Shown: in pieces, positions 11,833-24,741 of the stretch
Layout of the letters: every line of letters begins with the position of its first letter
Position numbering within the stretch: the stretch's first letter is position 1
Source of the DNA: Callorhinchus milii
Taxonomy: Eukaryota
NCBI RefSeq assembly: GCF_018977255.1
Contig: NW_024704743.1
Coordinates: forward strand, 39,806,001-39,870,000
DNA: 64,000 nt
Reading direction: 5' to 3'
The notes under the pieces: model-generated
Databases searched by the model: none
The model's input: only the letters and a program-made list of their open reading frames with translations
What the model was told of the DNA's origin: nothing
Made by a program: the position numbers and the translations under genes

Positions 11833-12661
11833 AAATGCATTTATTGTTGTTATTGGTGGTGATGATGGTGATGTCCTGGCCAACAATCCTTCAGAGAACA
11901 AACATGTCATTCAGCTCATAACTGTTTGCAAGACATTGCTATGTGTCCTGCTTGGCTGCCATATTCACCTAGAAATATAATCAGTTCACAGAAAAAAAAC
12001 TACTGTTCAAAGCAGTGTAGTTCTAACTTCTTTGCAAAATTTATTTGGAGTATTTGGAATACTCATGGAGATTGTGTTCTTGATCTCTCCATGATGTGAA
12101 CATCCTCTGTTGGAGAGGGAAGGTTTCTAACATATGGTGATTGCTGCTGCATTTCATTAGCACTGCAGCATGAAAGTAATTCAATATTTAATGGTGTTAC
12201 GTTGGTGATAACACAGGGTAGAAATATTTCACTTGGGTCTGGGAACAGAATTTGAAAGAACATACTGAAAACTGACTTTGAAATTAAGCCTATATATATT
12301 CAGATTTTGTCAATTTTGTATACTGAAATGTTAAGCAAAAAATCATTTGGGGCCTAGTTAAAATTTTTCCACTTTTATACTTCACTAAACCATCACGACT
12401 GAGTTGAGCACAACAATGCTCAGAGTAATGGAGATTTTATTAACGGGGTGCCAAGCCAATATTTTTAAGCACTTTGTGACATCCATCTGATATGAAGAGT
12501 GCTCTATCGATGCAAATTTGTATTGTTATACTGTAACTTTAAAGTTTGCACCATTGGATTGGAATCAGAATGATGTATCAACTGCCTTTCCCATCCTGCT
12601 TCAGCGTCTTGGGATGTCCTCCTGATGTGATAGGCGCTATGCACCTATAATTTGTTGTTGT

Positions 12662-13035
12662 TGCTTCAGTTGGTAAACTGCCTATTACCTCTGAGTTGAA
12701 TGTTTGTGAGTTCAGGATTTTTAACCTCATTGTGCAGGTTGGCACTTCAACGCATTACTCGGGGAAGCTATCCTTTGGCTAAGATGTTAAAGTAAACTCC
12801 TGTCTGCTGGTCCAGGGAGATGTTAGACATCCCATGGCACTATTTGAAAATAGAAGAGGTTCTTCTGGTGTCCTAGCTATCAATCTTCATATAAAATATT
12901 GTTTCTTTCATTTCATGGCCAACAATCCTCCAGAGAAAAAAAATTATCTCATGGCTGTTTATAAGACATTATTGTTTGTCCAAATGGCTGCCGCAGGACA
13001 TTGCTATGTGTAAATTGGCTGCTCTGTGCACCTAA
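12662..13035 (+). mobile_element. SacSINE1-like Deu SINE, old, with internal duplications
   Basis: catcccatggcactatttgaaa..ggtgtcc; the Deu core appears twice, at ~12965 and ~12996. Confidence 0.7.
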
Positions 13036-14433
13036 AAATGCATAGTCACTACCTTTTCCAAAAAAAACTGAATCATTTGAGATGTTGTCAATTGTAAATT
13101 GCGAATTGTTTAAACATAATAAATTGTTACTTCAGATGCAAGGATATGAATATGAGTGTAAAGCATATATTTATGCTCAGTCTAAAACTAATTGATTCAG
13201 TGAAACAGTATTAATAGGATTTTGTATAGATTGCAGAAATACAGAATCGGCCTACACAAATATTTCAAATACTCACAATTTATTCAAAGTATGCACCTTT
13301 CTTGCAAATGACCTCATACTGCCATGAATCTTATTAAGTGTTAACAGTACAAGAAATACAATGATAGAAATAATCAAGTAATAAAAAACACTAAGGTTAG
13401 CAACGTTACTGAGATTTATACCAGGATTGTCTTGTACACAAGGTCAAACCTAATAATCAAACCTTTTATTGCTCTCATATAACATCTCAGTGCATTCGTC
13501 ATTGGGTTATTAAAACTAATTTATGGTTTGATGTGTGGTGATATCAATTGCCAAAATATTATACCTTCTCAGTTGAATATATTTCAGAAAAGTAACAATG
13601 ATATTTCTCCCTAGTGAACTTTTATTAGTGATGATTGAGCAGAAATATTTGAAGAACCCCATGGTTATTCAGGAAATAGGTGCTTCTTCTGAATTAATCC
13701 TGTAATTATTCATCAATAAGGCAGATCTTCACTTTCATTACTGTTGAATTAAGCAGCCTGGTTCGTGTGCAAGGACAGTTGTACATCAGTATTTAATCAG
13801 TGTAAATAACAAGCGAGGATTTGCAAGCTTAATTCACTAATTCTGAATGACTAAAGGGCTCTCTGTGTCAGGAAGGATTTGGCAGAATCTTGAATACAAA
13901 CTAAAGAGATGTGGCTCTTCAAGATGACTTATTAATGCTTATATTTTTTAAAAAAGCTTATCAAGAATGGTTCAACAATGTAAAGCAATGTGTTGATATT
14001 TTTATATTTCACATAGCTTTATCACAAAATTCACCTGCTATCCAATTTATTGTAATACATAAACAGGGTTATGCGGCTGGTGAATTGAGAAGAATGTTTC
14101 AATGCAAGAGAATGGGTTAGTATGTAACGATAAAAGGAAAAAATCGATTAGTATTTGTAATCGATAACAGTAAATTATCAAATTTTGCAATAGAAAAAAA
14201 CTGAAAATGTCAGTAGATACAGTGAATGTTTCTATTCATAAAAATGTGTAGAAAGCTCTTTTCACTGACTTTCCAATTTAATAGTAACAATTTCACATTC
14301 AAAGCTTGAAATTCTTCAGTGCTGAGTGTGCAAATGAGATCTAGAGTCCATTGCAAACGAAAGCAACAAAAAGATTATTAATTTTTCCCATTTACTGCAC
14401 TGAACAAAAATATATTTGCCAATAAGGCACCTC

Positions 14434-16490
14434 AGGCCTGAAATTTCACCAAGTCTTAAGTTCAATTTTGTCTTAAAATTTTAAGATCTTGTGGTACTGT
14501 TTTCCACAAAGTCTTAATTCAAAGTTGTTTTCTGTAGTTTTTAAAAGAAAGAATTATCGTCTAAACCTAAGACTGAATTGAAGAATTTTCAATCATTCTG
14601 TTTCAGAAGTGTTTAGCTCAAACTACATCCAGAGCAAAACAAGCATGTGATTTGTTTAATATGAGTATGTTTTTAATATAAGTTTTGTCACTTGGAGAAA
14701 CAGATGTGCAGTCTCAGCCTATAGCAGATTGCAAGAATTGCCTGTAACAAATCATTCTGTGTGTTTACTTCAGTGCATTCTGACCTCCCAGAAGCCACTG
14801 ATCGAATTTATCTCAGGAAATGGGTAATTTAATTTGTTCTTGCAAACGTATATACAGTGGAGTCCTGTAGCTCAGTGGTTAGAACACTCGCTTTGCAAGT
14901 GAGAGACCTGAGTTCAATCCCAGGCAGGGCGAAACCTTGGGCAAGTTTCCTTACTCCACACGCCTAATAATAATCCCTCCAAAAAAAAAAACAATAATTA
15001 AATTGGTCATTTTCAATCTACGACTGTTTGTGGGACATTGCTGTGCGCAATTGGCTGCCGCGTTCGCCCACAAATATACAGTCAATTCACTTTACAGTGT
15101 GTTCTGTGAAGCGCTTTGGGACGTCCTCCCGACGTGAAAAGCGCTATATCAAATGCAAGGATTATTATTATTATTATTATTCCCCACTTCTGATCTGGTT
15201 TTATTTGACAAAAGAAGTTACGGCCATTACAATATTCCACTTCATTTAGAAATAAATTTACAGGAATGTATTTGCCTAGTGATGGTATATTGAGTCTTCA
15301 AAATCCTAGTAGTGTGATTAATGTGATGTTTCTGAATAATATTATCAAATTGGGATCTGTTAAGAAACATTACATGTTTCTATCCGTTACTGAAGACTGA
15401 CAGCTGGTGTGAAACAACTACCCCTAGCCATGCCCCAAATTCTTCAGCCAAATTCTGGGCTTCGGATCATAGATCTATTAATAATGGAATTTAAAAAGGA
15501 AAATAACCCAAAATGTCCTAAAATCCTAGCAACACTCCATCGGCCTTTTTGTAAGAAAGAAAAATCTACATTATCACCATAAAAACCTTAACTTGCCGGT
15601 ATTAATGTGTGGTGTTCAAACCACTGTTATTTAACTCTGCAAATTCTATTATTTTACACTGCTTTAAGACTAGTGCTAATTTACGGTTGGTATATCTTGG
15701 AGTAAGCATGGTGGAGACCACTGTAGAAAGGATCAATATAGTGCATTGAACAACAGGTATGAAGGGGAAGATATTTCTAGGCCTGGTGGCCCTACTCCGG
15801 GAAATATTGGCAAGAATGTTTAGCAGGTTGAATGTTTTCCTCAAAATGTTTGGAGTCACTTGACGTATGACTATATAATTATCACAGTGCCCTATTCTGA
15901 TATGCTGGGTGTTTGCAACACTTTGACCTGCGGAGTACTGTAATCTCCAACACTTCATGACTCACCAACTTACTTCACTGGATATCAATATTCCTCCAGA
16001 AAGCCACTTTGCTTTAGTAGATACAGTAAGCCTCAGCTCATATATTAGACCCGTGGTGCTTGGAAGTGTTTCCTTTTGAGTGCCTAGCACTTCCACTGAA
16101 AGTTCAGGAAAGCATCAGGCTACATGTAGAATTACTCCAAGCAGAAACAGAAAGCTATGGTAGAGATCATAATCTTTTAGCAAAGGCAAGAAGAAACCAG
16201 AGGTCTGAAAAATGAATTTATTATAACATGAATCTTACCAAGATTAAAAACTTTGTCTAAAGTAATTCCCTGCTACCTCATCTATATTAGTAACAACTAC
16301 CTTGGCAGTCCAAAGACTTCAGCTGACTTCAGAAAAAAAGACTTGGACATTGGTTTAAGACTTTTCGCTTGCCTCTTCTTAAGACTCTTCTCTCCAGCTC
16401 TCAAGAAATATCTCAAGAATGTTAAGTAGACCACCCAAGTAGTTTTAAACTTACAATTTTAAGCCTGAAAACTTAGCTTGGATTTGTCTG
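14434..16490 (+). mobile_element. Fossil PIF/Harbinger-like DNA transposon (contains a SINE)
   Basis: Degenerate inverted termini (ccaagtcttaagtt..cttaaaattttaag versus the reverse complement ccaagctaagtt..cttaaaattgtaag) and colinear transposase-like remnants SHA, FWAS, INV, Y(L)GSKH(G), TVER at 15387-15760. Confidence 0.45.
14857..15180 (+). mobile_element. Young short-subfamily SINE, full length
   Basis: Near-identical to 3741-4060. Confidence 0.93.
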
Positions 16491-17231
16491 CATTGTAACC
16501 TAAGGGGAACAGAAAATCCAATCGATGCTCCTAAAAGCAGAGTTACATTACATTTTAGCATTAATCCAATGCAGAAAGTACATTAAATCAAGGCTGAACA
16601 TATAATGTAAAATGGGCATTAAATTACTTTGCACCATTCTACAGGCAACAAGAAATCCCCTCCCAAACCTATTCTGACAGCCTGTGTTACTGGTAATGAC
16701 AACCTGAAAGGGTTGGCTGAACAACTTATATTCTATTCCTGTCACCATGTTCCTGCCTTCCATTTGTTGTTCTCCTCTAAGACGTACAAATGAAATTGGA
16801 AACTTCTCACACCCAGGAACCAGCAGCATGAAACTGCTTCCTCCCACTTTGTGGCATAGTGCACTGTTGAGCTGATTAAGCTGTGTCAACAAAGTTACAG
16901 GTAATGCTTTGTAATAATCAAATACACAGTCCCAAATTCAATTCAGTCAAAATGGTGCTGCAGTAGGCATTGACACTAATTGTAAGATTGCCAAGCAATA
17001 GTTCTTAGTGGTTGTAAGGGTGCAAATCCTTAAACCTCCTATTATTTCTTCATGCACAGCATTGTTACTTAATACAACCTATGAAAAGTAAAAGAATAGC
17101 ACACCTCCAACTTTCAAAAATGCTGCTGAAACCACAAATCTCTTTGATTTTGAGCAAACCAACTATTAGTAATTAAAGACTAAAATTGCGGTGAAGATTC
17201 AAAAGCTATGGCGCAGCTTCAGATAAATGAA

Positions 17232-17384
17232 GACTCAGGTATTTAGAGTGCACTGAGTAATTAAACACGTGCTGTTATCCACGTCTTATTATGTAAGGTC
17301 TACATATTTCTCAAGTTTCATTACATAAGATGTGAACAACAGCACATTTTTAATTTCTTAGTGCACTCTAAATAGCCGAGTGTC
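17232..17384. repeat. Long imperfect inverted repeat (~62-bp arms, 24-nt spacer); probable ancient palindromic MITE
   Basis: tatttagagtgcactgagtaattaaacacgtgctgtt pairs with aacagcacatttttaatttcttagtgcactctaaata. Confidence 0.8.
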
Positions 17385-18548
17385 TCTTTGTTCCTATTAC
17401 AAAGTTCTATGATTCTAATTTGTGGCAGCTTGTTTAACACTTTCTTTCCAATATACTGTACTGGAGTTTTCATCTGTTACTGATCCAGGACACAGTTTGG
17501 TCAATTACATGTTGCTGTCCAATCATAATTTAACAGCACTCTTCCTCCATTCTATTGCAATGTTGCTTCCCAACACCAAATACATTTGACAATAGCTACA
17601 TGCAATGATCTTATCCTCTTTCTTATTGCACCTTCCTATCGTCCTTCTTATTGCTTGGGTCTCCCATTTCAGATATTACTGATGCCCTGTTTTTGATTCC
17701 AATTAACTTCAGCTCCCCATGGTCTGCTTTCAATGCAGGGAATCTATTGTAGAATCAAATATCATTCTCCATCTCATATCTGTGCTTCCTCTGAGCTATT
17801 TGAACTTATAGGCATTATATGGTGGTCAGACAAAGCAAGTATAAACATCCCAGCTTTACCAATGGCCTACCAAAGAATAATCTTTAAAAATTGTTTTCAA
17901 ACCCAAGGGTTCTGTTTGCTTTATAAATGGAGCTTGCTAAATGTTCTCAGATGGGTACGTTCAATTGAAGCACATAATGTGTTTGTTTTGTTATAGCCTT
18001 TGGAGAGTGTATAAAAAGCAAACTGATTTATTTTAATATCATTGATTATACAGTATTTCTTTCTGACCTACCTGAATAATTACAAGAAGTTAAAGTGGCA
18101 ACCTACATCACAAGTTTACATGTTAACAACTAAACAAATTAAAAATTAAGCCTCAAGAAACTTAAAATTTCTAAGGGACAAAAGGTCAGGGCTGAGCCAC
18201 ACATACCGGAAAGTAGTTTGCAAATCAGATGAAACCCTAATTCGTTTTTTTAGTAAGAGCCTTCTGTTAATAAGGTGACATACAATTGGACTTGTATTGA
18301 ATTGAGGGTGCTCACTATAGTAGAGTTTGGCTGTCGAAGAGGTGTACCTCCCCACCGACCTCCTGGATACATTGTGATAACTCACCAGGGAAGCCAGGAA
18401 TCCATCTGGCCAGCTGTACGAGTGTCAGCCCTTCAGATGGGAATACCAAGCAGCTACCATTGTTTCCTCTTCACGTTCAAGCGGCCAGTCACCGGCCCAT
18501 GGCCACAGCACCAATAAGAGACTGGCATACTCACCAATCAATCAGATA

Positions 18549-18772
18549 GTAATAATCCTTGCATTTGATGTAGCACCTTATCACATCTTCAAAACGTCTC
18601 AATGCACTTCCCAGAATATACTGTGAAGTGAATTGATTGTATATTTTATGGGCGAAATGTGCCAGCCAATTGTGCACAACAGTGTTCCACAAACAGTCAT
18701 GGATTGAGTGACCAATCTATTATTATTTGTTTATTTATTTTTGAAGGGATTATTAAGCCCGGAAAAGCGATC
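18549..18772 (-). mobile_element. Long-subfamily SINE, 3' part
   Basis: Tail, Deu core and ccggaaaagcgatc on the reverse strand. Confidence 0.85.
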
Positions 18773-18881
18773 AAAACCAAAGCCAATCAAAAGCCAAGCC
18801 TGACTTGCAGTTTGTGACCAGAATTCCATTGTTTTATCTGGGTCGGTCAGGGCTGACCCTTTCTAATTTGCTGTAGTAGGG

Positions 18882-18943
18882 CAGATTCTCAGTTTGACTT
18901 GGATACTCTTATGCATGGTGATGGGTTTATGCGTGTGTCAGGT
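18882..18943 (-). repeat. Family X fragment
   Basis: Reverse complement ctgacacacgcataaacccatcaccatgcataagagtatccaagtcaaactgaga matches 50401-50453. Confidence 0.6.
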
Positions 18944-20559
18944 ACTTGGCTGGATGATAAAAATATTTTACAGTAAACTCTGTGAAGCTCTTTGAGATGT
19001 TTCAACATGATAAGTTGCCAATCAAATGCAAAAAATATTATTACTTTTTCATTATAGAGCTTATTATACTGTTGGGGTCTGTGTCACTGGTCACTCTGAA
19101 AATAGTAAGTGCTATATTCGATGCATTGCTGTGTAGATATCCTTTCGGTAGTTTCTGAACAGAACATGCTTGAGTTGGCCTGTGATTGTTGAATGCAAGC
19201 GTTGCAATTCAGACACAGGCATGGGATTTCTCTTGAATGAGTCATTATCAAAAAACAATTTCAGGTTGTTCTGTCAATCAAACCAAAGCCCTATTAGCTC
19301 CTGTTTAATCAGTATTGATTGAGCCATGTTCCAGGACAGTGAGTTCACCAGTAAATTGCACTGTAACTTGAAAGCAGTTTGCCGGAGAATGTTTAACGTA
19401 CTGAGCAGCATTAACTAAGTAATAATGGAAGCAGCAGCATGAATGTACTCTTTAGTTAACTAAATGATGAGAGAGTATGTAACTCATTTCAGTTTTACAA
19501 TCAGTCATCATTTGTTAAAGTCAACTGAGGGATGCAAAAAACTACAGTAAATTAATTTGAGCAGTATTTTCTTCAGTAAATGCAGACATTCTGTGTTACA
19601 CGCCATTATATGAACTCAAATGGGTATAATTTAAAGTGTTTTTCGACCCATTCTTTGTCTTATTTAACACAAGAAATGTATTAGTTATGACAATCTGCCA
19701 CCTCTGCCCCACCATTGGAAGGTGACCATTCTGCCGCCAATCTCTAGAACTCCTTCCCATTATGCCTCCATTTCAACCTTGTCCCCTTCCCTCCAAAGGA
19801 CTTGACACGTTCGATGTTGAACAACAGATGTATTTCAAAATGTAGGGTATTGGAATCAAAGTTTATTGCAACGTATAGTTGATCAGTCTACACAAATTGT
19901 CTACACTAACTACTGCAGCTGATCAGTAATTTGCATAGCTGTCTCTATGTACCTTACTATAGTTAAATGCTGCAATGTGGACACATTTGACAATTCTCAA
20001 TCTCTCCCTGCTCTCCCCCTCTCTGTGAATCACTCTCTCTTCCCCTCTCTCGCAGTCTCTGTCCCTCTCACTCAATCACTCTCTCTTGCGACGGTTCTCA
20101 CTGCTGTTGTAACACCCAAATTGTATTAACGCAAAGTGTACTAGGCAGTCTCTGTTTCAGTTGTATCTCTATAAGTGCAAGTACCTACTCTTCTGGAAAC
20201 TTCACTAACTAGAGCAACACGCCGACAGGTATTCTCAGTTGGTTTACTTGCAACTGAGGTGTCTTTGTTATAGCCTTGGCGCACTACCAGGCCAATAATT
20301 CCAACGACTACCTGCTTATGTGTAAATCCTTATCTCCCTCCGTAGAATATTACAGAGATTCAATGACAATTTGAAGAAGAAACAACGCATATTTATTAAC
20401 CCTAAAGAGCCTAAGTCTACTTACTCACTTCACAAGATAAAACAGAATACAACAGTGCAAATAGACACCCTAAACTCTAAACTATAACACTAGCAGCACT
20501 TAAACTAAAGTTAGTAAAATCAAAGAAACTATTCTCGACTGTATGGTAGTCCCACAGGG

Positions 20560-21400
20560 ATCGACACATACCAGAAGTTGACCCAAAAGCTAGCGACAAC
20601 AAGGTAGGCTGAGAGGGAGGTGGGAGGTGACCGTAAGCATGATCAAAAAGGAAAGTCTTTAGGTGGGATTTGAAAGTAGGGAAGGAACAAGGCGGAAGGA
20701 ACAAGGAAGAAAGTGCCAATATTTCGGGGCGTAGTGGCTGAAGGCACAGCCACCAATGGTTGAGCAGAGGGCACAAGGGACAATTAGGTGGCTGGAGTCG
20801 CTGAGCAGGTGGTGGAGTGGGGAATAAGCAGCTTGGATAGGTAGGGAGGTGTGAGGGAATTAAGTGATTTGAAAACGAATGAGAGGATCTTGGAAGATGA
20901 TCTGTTCAGTGATTGGGAGACCGTGGAGCCTTGCAAGAATTGGTATGATGGGGGTATGGAGTTTCATGTGGGTGAGTATCCGGGTGGCGAACTTTTGAAT
21001 TAATTATATTTTGTGTATGGTGGAGCTGGTGAGACCAGCAAGGAGGGCATTGGAATAGTCCAGCTGGGAAGTGACGAAGGCATGAACAAGGATTTCAGCT
21101 CTGTCGGTTGTGAGGTGCAAATGGAGTTAGGCAATGTGGCGGAGGTGAAGGAACGAATGTGTGGTTGAAGGAAAAGCTGGGGATCAAGCCTGACGCCTAA
21201 GTTGCACATGGGGTTGGGGAATCTGAGGGAAAGCCTGAGGAGGTTGAGAAGATCCGACCCGCAGGATGGAAGACGATTTCGGAAGCCAAAGAGTATGGCT
21301 TCCATCTTGATGACGTTCAGCTGCAGGAAATTTTCCAGCACACAGTACCAACAAGAGAAATTTAGCAAGTCATAAATCAGAGCAGGCTACACCGCCAAGA
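20560..21400 (-). mobile_element. L2 (subfamily B) fragment
   Basis: Minus ORFs NFLQLNVIKMEAILFG..NLGVRLDPQL and FKSHLKTFLFDHAY. Confidence 0.88.
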
Positions 21401-24184
21401 CGTGGAATCAGATGGTAGGCTGGTGTTAATAGCTTCAGGAGTAAAAGAGAAACTCATACAATAAGGATTGTTTATACTCCTATTGCAAACCAATAGACTT
21501 TTCTATCTATGGTATTGGCAGAGTTGTTCAATAGAGATGATGCTGTACTTTCCATAAAGAGGTGATGGAAACTCTGTTCTGGATTCTGTCCTTGGCAGAT
21601 GTATCCAAGGCCTGTCATTTCTTTGTGAGCCTTCAATCTACGGATAGATATTGACTCCACTAGATGTATACACATTTGCAGTGCTTTGTGGAGATGTAGG
21701 GTGATTTACTCTGGTAACGCCGAGGTAAGAATAAGACTTACACTCAAACAATTAAGATGTTCTAATTCATCTGGATTTATAGTTGGTGAAAAAAAGCAAT
21801 GAGCAACAGTTAGAGTTTAGTCTTAAAACTGCGGAATGCAACTCAGGACTGTCATGTGATCACGCCATTGCCTGGAACACGGCATTGCCTGGAAGAGATG
21901 GAGGAAGTTATCGACTTTGATTGAGTACGTCATCTTCAACTTGATGGAAGCTTCGGTCGCTTCTGACCCAAAATGTTCTGCTCTTCTGACCAGAGTGTGA
22001 CTGAATCTCAGTCTTTATACCCTTTTTCTGTGCAAATGATCACGCTTGCCATTACCATATAAGGGTTTGCATTTGCACTTTGCATACCATGTGAGACAAA
22101 GTCAAACCACCGATCACCCAAGCTTGAATTTGAAGATAAGTTTGTCTCCACTTTTTTGCAGATCAAAGTGTGCAAAGTGCAGCAGTTAATAAAACAGTAG
22201 GACAATCGTCTGCCATGGTTTGCGAAGATCAGTCTGAGACAATGGGACAACCATCTGCTACCCATTCCTTGTTGATTAATTTATCCAATTCAGCAATACA
22301 CAAATCCATCATGAGCCACAGTGTTTTAATTTGGTAAATGTCCATATCGTGAAGGATTCAGGATTTTACAGAGAATTAATTGTAACTAGATTGTAACATT
22401 GCTCCAGAGATTAAAATGAATTGGAATTTACAATTCATCTCGTTTGGTGAGAATACTAACAAATTAGATTGCATTGGAAAATGATACCAGATCTACTGAC
22501 AACAGCTTCAATGTTTTCCATTCAACTGGGAGATTTGTGAGACAACATGATTAGGGTTTCAATTACCACTACAGAAGACAGATTCTGTCCAAACATTTGT
22601 GGAGTCAATTACAGAATTTGGAGGTAAAATAATCCACCTTAAATTCCTAATTAAATTGCACCCTTTTTTCAGCTTCAGGCTGAGATTGTACTGGTTATGA
22701 AGTTACAGCAAATTTGTGTAAAAGGAGAAATGGCTTAAGAGGGTTCCATGAGGCAAAGATGAATTTGAAGTCAGAGACTGTCAGTTAGGTCTGACCACAT
22801 ACAGCAAAGTAATAGGCAACTGTGTCCTCCAGATCCCAATACGTAATTCCTAATCAATAGAATGGTATCTGGTTCTCAAAACTGGATACATAAATACAAT
22901 TTTGTGCTTATACTTATCTCAAATTAGGCTTTGTAAATGTAAGGCTTTGTCTTGGATTTATGTTTGCTACACTGTTCTTACTGACTGTGCATCACTTATC
23001 AATATAAGTAGCTTTTATGTTCAAATGAGCTAAGATGATAGTGTCGTTCATTGCAGTTACGTCACTTAAATAATGTAAGATTCATGTCATTCAATGAACT
23101 CTTCAGTGGTAATTGTGTATTTGTTTCCTTAAGTATATTGATGTGTTGTGTGACTTATTAGAGTCAGATGTCTAGGAAACTCTTAAATAATGGCTTTTTT
23201 TCATTACATTAACTGAAGAGCTTTGATTCTGCTAGATTCTAATATTGGTGGATTGATACCAATAAGCAAATCTATGAATTTTGGGATTATCCTATTGTGT
23301 CCATTCTTTTTTACCTTTATGCATACTAATTTATTGACAACTAATAAATTATGACATAAAATTTTAATAAGTATTTAATAACTGCTTCAAGCCATGCAAC
23401 TATCCTCAAATTGAATCCTGCAAATTATTTTGTATTTAATTATTGCATAACATTGGGATTTCTCCCAAACAGGACTAATGATAGTAATAATAATAAATAA
23501 TGCTTGCATTTGTTATAGTGCCTTATCATGTCAGAAGAACATCTCAAAGCGCTTCACAGGAATTACTGTGAAATAAGGGACCTATGTATTTGTAGACAAT
23601 GAACAAACTGCCATGAAACTCTACCTCTCACGATATGGCTCACAGTGACAGACTGAGTTGCCATCAGTCAGTGGGAGGGCTGTGGGCAATGTCCAGCCTT
23701 TGATTGGCAATTTGTTATCAGTCAGTCAGGGGTGGGCTGAGGGACTGTGATTAGTGCACTAGGCTGCCAGTCAGTCAGCAGGTGGGCTGTGGGCCGTTGA
23801 AAAAGGCAACAAATCAAAAAATCAGTTTGGGTTAACTTTTTGTGGAACTTAAAGTGACTGGGGTGGGTGGGCATCATGAGACCCTGCCCGCTACCCCCCG
23901 GGCATTGGAGAGCCATCCTGCGCATCCCATGTAATTAACTTCATGTTGCCTAAAGGCTTGATGCCAATTTTCATTATTTAGGCTTATGTACTCTATATCA
24001 AATTCAATCAAACCCTACAAGGTTTGTTTATTTTTGTGTTGAAATTTGTATGAATTTTTACAATGCCTATAAAGTTTCCAGTGTAACTTAAATATCGTGA
24101 AATTAAGTAGTACAGTTACACAATTTAAAACATAGGATTTCTATATGGTTCTTACGGGTTATGTTTCTGAAGGAGAAATAGAAA

Positions 24185-24262
24185 AATATTGCTTATGTGG
24201 TCCTCGGATATTTTTCAAATCCAGCAAGTGACCCTCGACAGCCAAAAGGTTGGACCGCCCTA
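24185..24262. mobile_element. hAT-like (Charlie-type) MITE terminus
   Basis: Reverse complement tagggcggtccaaccttttggctgtcgagggtcac resembles hAT termini of the caggggtgtccaacctttt type; the partner end was not found. Confidence 0.45.
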
Positions 24263-24741
24263 CTTGACAACACTATTATTGTAGCCCCTTTGATGTATAT
24301 TTTTGTAGTATTAGCTCATTAGAATGAGCTTTTGAATTAGAGTCTGAGGAGTTGGTTTGCCCAATGACACCCATATTCTGCCCAAGGAAATCAATTGTAA
24401 TTCAAAAAGCAGCACGGTGCTTTTGAGATGTTTAAAGTAATAAGATATTAATGGATAATAGTCCTTTCCCTGGAGCCAGTTATTACAGAGCTGGCATTAA
24501 TCAGTCATCTTTCTCATGCATAGAAACATAATTATCAAACATTATGTTCAGTCAACAGCAATAACAGTCTGTTCTAAACAACAATCACACCTAACAAAAT
24601 TTTGATTTCCTAAAAATGATATTTTCCAAATTACAGTGAAATCCATGTTCACCATTTTGGAAGAGAAGGAAATTGTGACCTTATAATATTTCCAATTGAC
24701 ACACCCTGCATTTGCACCTTCCTGAAACAAGCGTGAATCCC

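Larger units (their letters stand above)
10685..11985 (+). mobile_element. SacSINE1/AmnSINE1-like Deu SINE split into 10685-10902 and 11871-11985
   Basis: tRNA-like head, then agatcccatgacactatttgaaaagag...ctcctggtg, resuming as tgtcctggccaacaatcc...gacattgctatgtg..ttggctgcc. Confidence 0.7.
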
